Shown piece by piece: positions 54,699-64,000 of a stretch of DNA of 64,000 nucleotides; positions within the stretch are counted from its first letter, which is position 1, and each line of letters begins with the position of its first letter. The stretch lies in the IMG/VR virus record IMGVR_UViG_3300042691_032560; one strand, written 5' to 3'. The notes beneath the pieces were generated by a model that did not search any database, was not told where the DNA came from, and saw nothing but the letters and a program-made list of their open reading frames with translations. Source of the stretch: an uncultured virus (IMG/VR IMGVR_UViG_3300042691_032560). Taxonomy: Duplodnaviria > Heunggongvirae > Uroviricota > Caudoviricetes. Position numbers and translations under genes: made by a program.

Positions 54699-57482
54699 TT
54701 TTTCTTCCCACCCTTTATCCGCCAATTCATACATATAATCAGGATGTAATCCTCGTTTTTCCCAATACTTCATTTCAGGTTCTGATATTGTCAAAACTTC
54801 TTCCAAAGTATCTTGGTCACCTTTTTCAAACGGTAAACCATTAATTAGTTCTGATTGGTCTTTCGTAAAGAACATTCTTTCCTCAGGATTATCAACAATC
54901 AAACCATCGCGAACTTCCTGTTTGAATACCACAAGTAGTGGTTCAATTCGTTTGTTAAATGTTGCAATCGCTCTTGGTACATTATAATCACCTGTCATTT
55001 CAGGATTGTTTTCCAAATCTGATGGCTCAATCCTATAACAGTTTAATTGTATGATTGAATTAATACTGTCATTTAATGGTTTACCAAATTCTTTTAGATG
55101 TTGTTCTTTTGTTTCATCTGACCAACCCTTTTTAGGTTTATTAACTTTCTGAACATCTCCGTGTGAAGCCTTAATACCGTTATTAACATAGTAAATCACA
55201 TCACCAAGATTGACTGCCACATTATCACGAATTGCAAGTTCCATATGTGCCATTCTCGACATTTCATTACCCGCTTTTGTTTTTTCCTTTGAGCGTTTTC
55301 TATAATCATCAATAGACAATTTAACTTTCGCTCTTTGGGCAATCTTCATAAGTGGGATTTGTTTGTTATAGATTTTTTGAACATACTCATAATACCATTC
55401 GATAAATTCTTGACCCTTACCCTCTAGTAATTGTTTAACACCCTTGTCCAAAAAGTCCTCAATGTAAAGTGGAAGTTTCTTTGACTTAATTGTATTACCC
55501 GTGAGTTTAATCTTACCCTTGGCATCCATAACCGCGTAATTCTTACGAGCAAGATTGATACACGATGGCCAAGTTCCATCAGTATCTAATGCCATCTCAC
55601 CTCTCATAAATGTGTCGTTAAACTCGGCAACATCTGCGTCGTCCCCACGATATTCTTTACCCTCCTTAACTTTCCAGTTTAAACCTTTACCGATATAAAC
55701 TCTATCCTCCACACCTTCAGGTTTTGAAAAGTTAACACCGTCAGTATCCATTACAAGTGGGGTATAACCTTTTTTCATAAAGAACTTAATCATCATACGA
55801 AGGTATTGTCTACCAGTACAAGTAATCTGTTCTCCCATATACATATCACCCCACGCAAATACTTGTGGGGCCGACAAAGCTCCGAACATTGAGTTGATGA
55901 AAATCTTAATCGGAAGTTGTTTACGGTCATACTTTAAAGATGTCTTTTTATCTTTATCATACCATTCTGCCGCCAAGTTCTTATACATGATACGAGAATT
56001 ACGGAAGTAAGATAACATACCCTTCATTGCGCCTGTAATGTCACAATCAGGAAACACATCGTGTACAAGTTGGATTGAAGGATAAAGTGACGAGTAGTCA
56101 AGCTTCAATACTTTTGTAGAGTAACCAACCTTTAATAGTCGTGACAATCCGCCAACAAAATCCGTTTTTGATTGTTTTTTTGGAATTGCAAGTTTGTGTT
56201 TGTAACTCCAAGCAAGCATCAACATTTTCCAAAGTGTTGCCGTACCCATAGTAGATACCCTCTCATAGGTCGTTGGTACAAGGGATGCAAGTAGGAATGT
56301 TCCTTGGTTAAATTCTTCGTCAACAAGTAAGGTTTCCTCCAAGTCATCGTCGAGATACCTCTCTACAATATCATCACCTGTTGTCTTAATGTATGTGCCA
56401 GGAAATCTTGTATCTAAATAATTAAATTCAGGATTGTTGGCTTTCTTGTATTTTCCGTTCTTAATGTTTAACCAATATTCTTCCTTTTTGGCATACATCG
56501 GGCCAATCTCGGTGTGGTCAATATAAACTCGGTCTTCGGATTCCGCGTCAATATATTGAGTGATATATTTCAAACCCGCTGACTTAATACTTGAATTAAT
56601 TGCTTGTGCTCTACGGACTGAGTGAATAATATCAATTACGTTATACCCCCACATTCCAACCTGATTGTATCTTTCAACTTCGTTGGCGAGTTTAAGTAAG
56701 TTCTCACTTTCCTTTATTGTATGTTTTGGGTTAAGTGTTTTACAAATTCTTTTAATATCGAGGTTCAGAGCCTTACAACGTTCGAATATCCAATACCAAT
56801 CGAAGTTCGCGGAATTGTAACCTCCCAAAATACTAGGCTTTAACTCATCTATGATGTTGAAGAATTCTACAAGTCCTAGTCTCTCCTCGTCCTCATTAGA
56901 ACACTCAATTACTTTTTGGTATCCTTTGTTTGTCTTGATACCTATCATAAAGATACGACCGTCTTTTGGTTCGAGTGCGGTCGTCTCTAAGTCGAATACA
57001 AACCTCGTAATATCATTGTATTCGTCGTATCCTTTAAATAGTCGTTTTTCTCTCGATATAAGATATTGTTCGGTTGGTGGTAAAATCATAATTAGGTCTT
57101 TTGTTCTTTCACCCCAAGGGTCAACACCCCCATCACGGAAGAATTGAATTAAAGAACGATAACCCTTTAAGGATTTAACCATATACTTTAAACCTTCTTC
57201 CATTCGTTCATTACCGCCTGTCTCAAGTTTATCAATCATAATTCCATACTTAGACATAGCTTCTTTCTGTAATGCCTTTGATGACTGATAAAAATTTAAA
57301 CCTCGTAGGTCTCCGACCCACGCAAATGCAACGAATGTGTCTTTTTTGATTTCTTTACCTTTACCAGGTACTTCTTTGATTTTATATATAGAATCTGAAA
57401 CGTAATCAAATTCTATGGCAACGATGTGCTCTTCAGGGTCGTTTCCTTCTAGAAACGCTTTGATTTCTTCTTGACTTGTCAT
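54675..57482 (-). CDS. DNA polymerase, family B, with 3'-5' exonuclease
   Basis: ExoI FDLETT, ExoII GYNSANFD, ExoIII YLDDD, motif A DYSSLYPS, motif B KIFINSMFG, motif C MDTDG, KNYA. Confidence 0.96.
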   Translation of the reverse strand: MTSQEEIKAFLEGNDPEEHIVAIEFDYVSDSIYKIKEVPGKGKEIKKDTFVAFAWVGDLRGLNFYQSSKALQKEAMSKYGIMIDKLETGGNERMEEGLKYMVKSLKGYRSLIQFFRDGGVDPWGERTKDLIMILPPTEQYLISREKRLFKGYDEYNDITRFVFDLETTALEPKDGRIFMIGIKTNKGYQKVIECSNEDEERLGLVEFFNIIDELKPSILGGYNSANFDWYWIFERCKALNLDIKRICKTLNPKHTIKESENLLKLANEVERYNQVGMWGYNVIDIIHSVRRAQAINSSIKSAGLKYITQYIDAESEDRVYIDHTEIGPMYAKKEEYWLNIKNGKYKKANNPEFNYLDTRFPGTYIKTTGDDIVERYLDDDLEETLLVDEEFNQGTFLLASLVPTTYERVSTMGTATLWKMLMLAWSYKHKLAIPKKQSKTDFVGGLSRLLKVGYSTKVLKLDYSSLYPSIQLVHDVFPDCDITGAMKGMLSYFRNSRIMYKNLAAEWYDKDKKTSLKYDRKQLPIKIFINSMFGALSAPQVFAWGDMYMGEQITCTGRQYLRMMIKFFMKKGYTPLVMDTDGVNFSKPEGVEDRVYIGKGLNWKVKEGKEYRGDDADVAEFNDTFMRGEMALDTDGTWPSCINLARKNYAVMDAKGKIKLTGNTIKSKKLPLYIEDFLDKGVKQLLEGKGQEFIEWYYEYVQKIYNKQIPLMKIAQRAKVKLSIDDYRKRSKEKTKAGNEMSRMAHMELAIRDNVAVNLGDVIYYVNNGIKASHGDVQKVNKPKKGWSDETKEQHLKEFGKPLNDSINSIIQLNCYRIEPSDLENNPEMTGDYNVPRAIATFNKRIEPLLVVFKQEVRDGLIVDNPEERMFFTKDQSELINGLPFEKGDQDTLEEVLTISEPEMKYWEKRGLHPDYMYELADKGWEEKLIQFESV

Positions 57483-57534
57483 AATTGATTGGTTTATTGG
57501 CTGCCGCGAAATTACGACATTTACCTTTGTATCA

Positions 57535-57563
57535 ATTATAAATATTAAAACCCACTAAATCAA
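57535..57563 (-). promoter_or_regulatory. Sigma70-type promoter for the DNA polymerase, overlapping a TATTTAT motif
   Basis: Minus strand TTGATT (57563-57558), 17 nt, TATAAT (57540-57535). Confidence 0.6.
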
Positions 57564-58247
57564 TTAAGTTCTTATCTCTGTCGCCAAACAAATTTCACCT
57601 TGTTCCATTATAAGTCTATTCATATCTGTGAAACTTATATAGGCATGACCTCCTTGACCCCATCCCTTACCCCAACTATTTTTAATTCTGAACATTTGTG
57701 AAGTTGTTGCAATTCCGTTTATCACATAAGCATGACCTCCAGCTAATGGTCCTGTTGCTCTAATAACCCCTGAAGAATTTGGAAAAAACATACCATAATA
57801 CCAATTAGTACCAACAACAACTGGTCCCAAATTTAATACAGAATCAATTAGTGTTTTTAAATTAAACCCCCAATAATACCTTGAGATTAATTTTTGATTT
57901 TGTAGGAATTTTGCACCTCCTCTTACTGAGGTTCCATCATAGTTTTCTCCGGGCCAAATATCCAATCTTTGAGCGTTTTCATAAATAATGTTTGGTTGTA
58001 TTTTTGGAGCGATTCCTCTATGATATACAGGACCATCACTTAGCCAGTGAGACCATGCATATCCTACACACTGAGGTGTATTGCCTTGGTCTCCCCACCA
58101 AATTGTGTCATCCCAATAACGACTGGTAATTCTAGTTCTATTTGTTCTTTTTAACAAATGAGTTGATATGAGATAGTTTTGGTCTCTCTCATCAGGAATA
58201 TATTGTCTCCCTAATTTATAAGTTATTTCGGTATTTTCTGTTTCCAT
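57564..58247 (-). CDS. Papain-like (C1) cysteine peptidase
   Basis: DQGNTPQCVGYAW (oxyanion Gln, catalytic Cys), GGHAYVING (His), IKNSWGKGWG (Asn). Confidence 0.9.
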   Translation of the reverse strand: METENTEITYKLGRQYIPDERDQNYLISTHLLKRTNRTRITSRYWDDTIWWGDQGNTPQCVGYAWSHWLSDGPVYHRGIAPKIQPNIIYENAQRLDIWPGENYDGTSVRGGAKFLQNQKLISRYYWGFNLKTLIDSVLNLGPVVVGTNWYYGMFFPNSSGVIRATGPLAGGHAYVINGIATTSQMFRIKNSWGKGWGQGGHAYISFTDMNRLIMEQGEICLATEIRT

Positions 58248-58522
58248 TACTTTAAAAATAATTCAATTAATCTTGTTTCAATGTCAACATCAGTCCATTG
58301 ACCTATTCTATCATACATTTGATTTTCCCAAAGGGTAACTGGACCAAGTTCTTTTGTATTGGCAACAATTTTTCTTTGTTTTGATAGGTCTTCTACAGAA
58401 AGAACTTCAATTGTTGAGGTTTTAATTTGAACTGCAGGTATTTCTCTAACAACAACCTCAGTTGGTAAAGAGATTATTAAACCTTCGCTTTGATTTTGAG
58501 TATTTCTTCTATTTGGTCTCAT
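58247..58522 (-). CDS. Hypothetical protein, 91 aa
   Basis: ORF between fibre gene and protease, TAATG-coupled to the protease. Confidence 0.6.
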   Translation of the reverse strand: MRPNRRNTQNQSEGLIISLPTEVVVREIPAVQIKTSTIEVLSVEDLSKQRKIVANTKELGPVTLWENQMYDRIGQWTDVDIETRLIELFLK

Positions 58523-58535
58523 TTTTTTATTTTAT

Positions 58536-61500
58536 TTAAGGTGTATCATATGAATCTTGACATGTGTATCCGGTTCCACTTGAGTTAACGGCGTATCCTC
58601 TGAAGTATATTGTTGAGCCTGAAGTTAGTCCGGTTAAGTTAGTGGTGTAAGAACCAATACCCGTTCCCCCTTCTACAACAACATTATTAGAAATAGTTGG
58701 ATATGGAGAAGTGTCCCATACCACCCCTCGTTCAGTTACTGAATTTCCTCCATCCAATGTAATATTAACGTAAACATCAATATCATAAGAACTAACTGCG
58801 GTCCATCCCGTAATATTTAAAGTCGGTACCACCGAATCATTTATATTACCAATGATTAATGTATCAGTACCATCATAATAACTTATCCTAGTTCCTCCAG
58901 TTGAATTTGTGAACACTTGTTTAGAGTAAGAGTCGTAAATTACCACTGAATTTTCTGAAATATCATTTATATTTGAATCAACAAAATTTGTTTTAGATAT
59001 ATTTTTATTATCCATTAAACATATTGACGATAAATCAAGTGACGAATATTTTAGTAAATTATTTTCAAATGTTGAATTATTTAAAACACCGTATAGTATT
59101 TCAGAAAATGAATTTAAATAATTTTGATTAATTGTACTGGCACTAAGAGTATTATTATAAATAAAACTATTGTTTAGGTCATTTAATCTTAATTCTGAAC
59201 CACCATTTTGAGTATTATCAATTATATTTGACTGATTTTTTACTATATTATTACTAATAAAAGATGATGATAAAATAGTATTAATTGATATTTCAGATGT
59301 TTGGGTTATCTCGTTTTCGGAAATAAAAGAACTATCATCTAACGTGTTTCCTGATAAATAACTTAATGAAAGATTATTATATTCAATATAAGAATTAGTG
59401 AATCCTGAATTATATTCTATCGATGAATTCTGACTTAAAGTGTTATTTTGTACAAAAGTATTTGCCGATAAGTAATTATAATCAATAATTGAAATTTGAC
59501 TTAATGTGTTATATAAAATATTTCCATTATTAATTAATGTGTTATTGGATATCGATGAATTATGTATTGTATTAAATGCAATATTTGAAATTGATAAATT
59601 ATTAAATTCTATGGATGAATCATCTATGATTTCATTACCTTCAATACTAGTTGAAATAAATATATTATCATTTAACAAACTATCTGTAATTATATTATTT
59701 GAACCAATATTAGAGTTGTCAGTTATATTATTAGAAAACTCAGAACCAAATTTCAAATTTATTTTATTAATATTAGTATTGTGAAATTGATTGTTATAAA
59801 CAACACTTAAAAATATTTCACTGTCCGCAATATAAGTATTATTTGTGTTATAACCTCCAAGTATATTACTATTTATTACCGAGTTTGATATTTCACAATT
59901 TTGAAATTCAGACCTAGGACTAAATATATTATCTGAAAATATTGTTTCTGAGATAACATTATTGTAGGAAAAATTTGAGTTTCTAGTTGGTGCGAAATAG
60001 TTTTCAGAGAAAACACTACTTTGAGTTAAATTATTATCCCAAATAAACCCTCCTTGGAAATTTAAGCAATCAAGATAACTGTCTGTTATTTTATTACCCA
60101 TTATACCGTATTTAGTTGTGGTTTGACTATTATTAAATAAACCAGTAATATTAGTATATTGAGTGTCTATATTAAATTTAGATTCCTCGATAAAATACCC
60201 ATCAACAAGTGATAGAAAAATACTTACGATATTATCAATCTCATTGTCACTTATCTTATCTATGGGTGATAATGACATCAGTAAATAATAAATTTTGGTT
60301 ACACTAGATGCCGTTAAACCCGATATTTGGTCAAAATCACTATCACATCCTCCGCTACTATAATCATGATTTATTCCCGTACCATCACTATTAACAATTA
60401 TAATATGGTTGTTTGATGGTTCATTATTTGTGTTATTAAAATATCTTTTAACAAACGCGGTATAAGTTTCAGAGAATCCTGTGTAGGTTTGTTGATAAGA
60501 ATCTAAAACAGAATCACAATCTGTACCAAGTGAACCATTAATGTAAAACTCATCTACAGAAGTATTTGTAGCCATCATAACAAATAATCCGGGATAAAGA
60601 TTTGTAAAATAACTTGACGCTGCCCCGAAATAAGAATCGCCAGATAAAACAATTCCGTTTAAAGTAAAATAAAATGGAGAAGTTTCTTGATTACTGTGAA
60701 CAGGTGGGTCAACCATTTGAGTGTGGGTGTAAGGTATTTGGGTGAATAATTCAGTATTTAAAATGTTACCAGTATCGAATAAATCGTTACCTCCATACAA
60801 AATATCACTTCCTAAATCAGGAACATCATTAAATAAAAATAACCCTGTAGAATTACCCCAATTTGTTTGATTATTACCCCACTGAAAATCCTTAATTGGA
60901 TTACCATAATTGTCTATTTCAAATTGTTTTATACTTTGATACGTACAAGAAACTTCATTTCCAAATCCATCTCTTCTGTAAATTATTTTATCTTTTTCGT
61001 AATCATAAATTATTTCGTCGGCAACTAAATTATAGTTAAAATCATTAAACGGAATGGGAGACCACGTAGAACTTAATTCATACTTATTTAATGAAACACC
61101 AACGGTCGATGCCATATATGATGCGGTTATACTATAACCAGAACTTACAGAACCTGTAGTCTCTAAAGACCATTCACCGGTATCATAATTTGTGGTCCCT
61201 GTACCTCCACCATTTCCGACTAATTGACCACTTCCATTATCTAAAAATTGTTCTATACCAGTGTCTATTGACAATGTTGATGGAAATATTGGTCTATTTT
61301 CGGTAAATCCGCTGTATATCGATGAACCATCACCAATTCCAACGGACTCATTAGAAATATCACCACCTTGATTTACCCATAAAAATCCTCCCCATATAGC
61401 CGAGCTGGAATTTTCATCACCAAATACATATTCAGGAGTCAATGAACGACTAATAGTTGCAATAACACCACTTGTGTTTCCAGTAATTGAGGTCGCACCA

Positions 61501-61970
61501 CTCCAATCCCCATTTACCCATTCTATTAATTCATCAGATATATAAGTTCCAGTTCCACCCAAATCACATGTAACAGTTTCATTTGGTGTAAATATCCCTC
61601 CACTAATACTATCGAATGTAGGAGTCATGTGTCTCGTCCAAATTCCATATCCGTCGATAGTTTGGTCATATTTTGGATTATAAAATAAACCAACACCTTT
61701 CTCAGATAATTTATTTGGGGAAACTGACTCTAAAATTATTGTTGTTCCACCATATAGGTCAAAATCAACCCCACTTATTATATAGAAATAACCAGGAATT
61801 AAACTTGATGTTTGAATTAAAGATTCAAGTTCATTTTTAGTAACCTCAATATAGTTAGTGGTTAGTCCCGAAACGTATCCTTTATATGTAGCACCATTAT
61901 CTGTGAAAGGAAAAATACTCTCAGGACCTGGTGTTGCCAAAACTAATTGAGATATCTTAATATTCGCCAT
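58536..61970 (-). CDS. Tail fibre/spike-like protein with Asn/Ser/Ile beta-helix repeats and C-terminal FN3-like domain, 1144 aa
   Basis: MANIKISQL start; approx. 11-residue S-x-I-x-x-N-x-(L/I) repeats; VTERGVVWDTSPYPTI...LTGLTSGSTIYFRGYAVNSSGTGY. Confidence 0.65.
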   Translation of the reverse strand: MANIKISQLVLATPGPESIFPFTDNGATYKGYVSGLTTNYIEVTKNELESLIQTSSLIPGYFYIISGVDFDLYGGTTIILESVSPNKLSEKGVGLFYNPKYDQTIDGYGIWTRHMTPTFDSISGGIFTPNETVTCDLGGTGTYISDELIEWVNGDWSGATSITGNTSGVIATISRSLTPEYVFGDENSSSAIWGGFLWVNQGGDISNESVGIGDGSSIYSGFTENRPIFPSTLSIDTGIEQFLDNGSGQLVGNGGGTGTTNYDTGEWSLETTGSVSSGYSITASYMASTVGVSLNKYELSSTWSPIPFNDFNYNLVADEIIYDYEKDKIIYRRDGFGNEVSCTYQSIKQFEIDNYGNPIKDFQWGNNQTNWGNSTGLFLFNDVPDLGSDILYGGNDLFDTGNILNTELFTQIPYTHTQMVDPPVHSNQETSPFYFTLNGIVLSGDSYFGAASSYFTNLYPGLFVMMATNTSVDEFYINGSLGTDCDSVLDSYQQTYTGFSETYTAFVKRYFNNTNNEPSNNHIIIVNSDGTGINHDYSSGGCDSDFDQISGLTASSVTKIYYLLMSLSPIDKISDNEIDNIVSIFLSLVDGYFIEESKFNIDTQYTNITGLFNNSQTTTKYGIMGNKITDSYLDCLNFQGGFIWDNNLTQSSVFSENYFAPTRNSNFSYNNVISETIFSDNIFSPRSEFQNCEISNSVINSNILGGYNTNNTYIADSEIFLSVVYNNQFHNTNINKINLKFGSEFSNNITDNSNIGSNNIITDSLLNDNIFISTSIEGNEIIDDSSIEFNNLSISNIAFNTIHNSSISNNTLINNGNILYNTLSQISIIDYNYLSANTFVQNNTLSQNSSIEYNSGFTNSYIEYNNLSLSYLSGNTLDDSSFISENEITQTSEISINTILSSSFISNNIVKNQSNIIDNTQNGGSELRLNDLNNSFIYNNTLSASTINQNYLNSFSEILYGVLNNSTFENNLLKYSSLDLSSICLMDNKNISKTNFVDSNINDISENSVVIYDSYSKQVFTNSTGGTRISYYDGTDTLIIGNINDSVVPTLNITGWTAVSSYDIDVYVNITLDGGNSVTERGVVWDTSPYPTISNNVVVEGGTGIGSYTTNLTGLTSGSTIYFRGYAVNSSGTGYTCQDSYDTP

Positions 61971-62012
61971 TTTAATTTTATTTATAAATATCTTTTATTT
62001 TTTTTTAATTTT

Positions 62013-64000
62013 TTAAATTACAATAACACCTTTTAGATTTTCTCCATTAGGGTCTGTCAATGTATCTATTATTGTCAAAGGTGGTACCGGAGGTGTTGAT
62101 GTAGGGGTAGGGGTTGGAGTTGGGGTTTCACTAGTAGTTGGAGTATTAGTATTCGTAACACTTGGGGTTGGTGTATTAGTTGATGTTTGAGTATTAGTCG
62201 GTGTAGGAGTTGGAGGTAAAGAAGTTGGAATTAAGTCTGTCGGAGCAGGAGGGATAACCGGGTTATTAATCGGAGGTACAAAACTATAATTTGTATAAAC
62301 ACTGTAACCATATGAAGTATATCCCGTCACCGAAGTTCCAACCTCGTAAAACGCCGATACCCCATAATAACTTGAATATGGAGTTGTAAAATCGTAGAAT
62401 AAAGTTTGAGCCGATTGAGTTCCTGCTGAAATCACAAGTGACAAATTAAATAACTGTACAGATTCGTATCCATAACCAATAATGTTTTGGAACGATACCT
62501 CAACGTCGGTATCGACCGGATATGATGAAGTTACGGTATACGTAAATAAAATGCCACCTAAAACTTCATAATAAATTGCGTTTATGTTAATTAAATTACA
62601 GGTTTCTTCTAATACTAAATTTTGGAAGTCCTCAGTAATAAGAACATAATCAAAATCAAAATCAGTCGCCAAATATAAGTTACATTGAGGTGTTGGAGTT
62701 GGGGTAGGTGTCGGTGTAGGTGTCGGATAATTGAATTCTACAATCTCAGTAACTATGAATTTGTTAGAATATTCGGCAGGTATAATATTAACATTTTTAA
62801 AATAACTGGTTCCGCTAAGTGACTCAAAATCATAGTCTAATGTTAATGTTAATACATTTGATGTTTTCTCTTTATCTATTTCTATTTGAGATGTAATCTC
62901 TATTTCACCACCTGACGATAATAAGACATGAGTAAATTCTAATATTATATCATCAAAAAATGGCTTATCTATAACCAAATAATATTCTATATTAACTGAA
63001 CCAGGACTTATTAATCCAAATAAATTCATTTTTATAACCAACCCAGGAGTTAATGTTGGGGTACGGGTTAGAGTCGGTGTGGGTGTTGGTGTTCTTGGAA
63101 TTCCAGAGTCACATATGGTCAAGGTCGCTGACTGTAGAAAACCTTCGTCTTCAGGAGCGAAATCTTGAATATATAAAGTCCATAAACCATTTGCATATTC
63201 AGCTGGAGTCTCAGTTATAAAAACACTCAAGTCCAAAGTAGACTGACCTTGGATAAACTGATATGGACATGGGGAACCAAATAAAACTGTTTCATAAACA
63301 TAAGGGTCATTTATAAAATTTCCGGTTGAGTGTCCGTCCCATAAAGTATTTGACAATGTGCTTAACGTGACAGTTCCGTTATCTATACCATAAACAGACC
63401 CTTTCCTCCCTGTTATTATAGAATATCTTAAACCATCCGGTGATAATAATATCATACCAACATCGCCAACATAAGTATGACTATATCCATTTAAAGTTAA
63501 ACTTATACTATCTATGGCATTAGTTATACCATAAACTAAAAATGTAACGGGATATACTGAGGCCTCAGAGTCGTCAAATATTGATATATCTTGCTCTTCG
63601 GATGGAAATATTTTACAATAATTAGGAGTTACCGATGGTGTAGGTTGTGGTGTTGATGATGGAGGAGGTAAAGTAGGACACGGAGGACAAATAGGTTCAA
63701 TAGGTGATTCAATACAACATGGAAATTCTGAAACATAACAACTTTCATAATTTAAATCATTAGCAATAAATGATTCCTGAACTGAAATATATAATTTTTC
63801 TCTAATTGGTAGAATCAAAACTCCTTCAGAGTTTCTAAGCATGAACTGGCCCTCAAACCTACCTTCCATATTGGTGTCGGTAGAAGTGAATTGGTAGTAT
63901 AGATAATACTCAGTTTCTGCATTTGGGTCATCAAAAGTTTTTTCAACAAAACCTGCAGGACGAGACATTATTTTTGGAATTCCCGTCTCAAGGTCCGTCA
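62013..64000 (-). CDS. Multi-domain virion protein with proprotein-convertase P-like domain and Pro-Thr linkers (5' end beyond right edge)
   Basis: Frame stays open upstream of 63968 (..TDLETGIPKIMSRPA). SHTYVGDVGMILLSPDG...NGLWTLYIQDFAPEDEGFLQSATL is P-domain-like. YQFTSTDT..GRFEGQF is BppU-N-like. Confidence 0.65.
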   Translation of the reverse strand, partial: TDLETGIPKIMSRPAGFVEKTFDDPNAETEYYLYYQFTSTDTNMEGRFEGQFMLRNSEGVLILPIREKLYISVQESFIANDLNYESCYVSEFPCCIESPIEPICPPCPTLPPPSSTPQPTPSVTPNYCKIFPSEEQDISIFDDSEASVYPVTFLVYGITNAIDSISLTLNGYSHTYVGDVGMILLSPDGLRYSIITGRKGSVYGIDNGTVTLSTLSNTLWDGHSTGNFINDPYVYETVLFGSPCPYQFIQGQSTLDLSVFITETPAEYANGLWTLYIQDFAPEDEGFLQSATLTICDSGIPRTPTPTPTLTRTPTLTPGLVIKMNLFGLISPGSVNIEYYLVIDKPFFDDIILEFTHVLLSSGGEIEITSQIEIDKEKTSNVLTLTLDYDFESLSGTSYFKNVNIIPAEYSNKFIVTEIVEFNYPTPTPTPTPTPTPQCNLYLATDFDFDYVLITEDFQNLVLEETCNLININAIYYEVLGGILFTYTVTSSYPVDTDVEVSFQNIIGYGYESVQLFNLSLVISAGTQSAQTLFYDFTTPYSSYYGVSAFYEVGTSVTGYTSYGYSVYTNYSFVPPINNPVIPPAPTDLIPTSLPPTPTPTNTQTSTNTPTPSVTNTNTPTTSETPTPTPTPTSTPPVPPLTIIDTLTDPNGENLKGVIVI
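62088..62220 (-). repeat. Pro-Thr low-complexity coding repeat (also near 62689-62726 and 63050-63098)
   Basis: Degenerate 6-nt periodicity encoding PTPTPT/TNTPTP. Confidence 0.8.

Noticed and set aside
18593..57482. Introns, inteins or homing endonucleases in nrdA, nrdB, helicase, recombinase or polymerase
   Set aside because: All are continuous ORFs of ordinary length with no intein or endonuclease motifs seen.
18593..57482. Eukaryotic giant-virus origin suggested by eukaryote-like RNR, PolB, SNF2 and papain genes
   Set aside because: Sheath, tube, baseplate, neck and gp32-like genes, intrinsic terminators and overlapping operons indicate a bacterial myophage.
57522..57529. Bacteroidetes-type -7 element TACCTTTG on the plus strand (also TACTTTTG at 44087)
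   Set aside because: Both point antisense into gene ends with no downstream ORF and no convincing -33 element; could be chance, although antisense RNAs are not excluded.
1..64000. Stop-codon reassignment, tRNA genes, CRISPR arrays, reverse-transcriptase or diversity-generating elements
   Set aside because: The standard code gives dense full-length genes with TAA, TAG and TGA all used as stops. Intergenic gaps are short, and no cloverleaf, spaced direct repeats or RT motifs were seen by eye.

Overview
AT-rich segment of a large T4-like myophage genome, probably a jumbo phage, read with the standard genetic code. Almost all genes are on the minus strand and tightly packed, often with TAATG/ATGA overlaps. 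From left to right: a baseplate/fibre block (SprB-repeat protein running off the left end, wedge-like proteins, gp6/J-like, gp25-like); a replication block (class Ia ribonucleotide reductase nrdAB, DnaB-like helicase, 5'-3' exonuclease, RecA/UvsX, gp32-like SSB); a tail block (hub-like giant protein, LysM/gpX-like protein, tube-initiator with an OmpA-like insert, tape measure, assembly chaperone, tube, sheath, gp15/gp14/gp13-like neck proteins) interleaved with a HAD-like protein, a SNF2 helicase and a superoxide dismutase; then a family B DNA polymerase, a papain-like protease and fibre-like genes, the last truncated by the right end. Main observations not in the ORF track: (1) a candidate +1 (or -2) ribosomal frameshift at UUU-UUU-CGG that would extend the tail chaperone; (2) a strand-oriented TATTTAT motif upstream of 17 genes; (3) (I/L)xE leaders on the SOD and other proteins, suggesting capsid-packaged cargo; (4) many Bacteroidetes-type surface-protein domains in virion proteins; (5) several unlisted small genes. 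All family calls come from motif recognition by eye, with no database searches.
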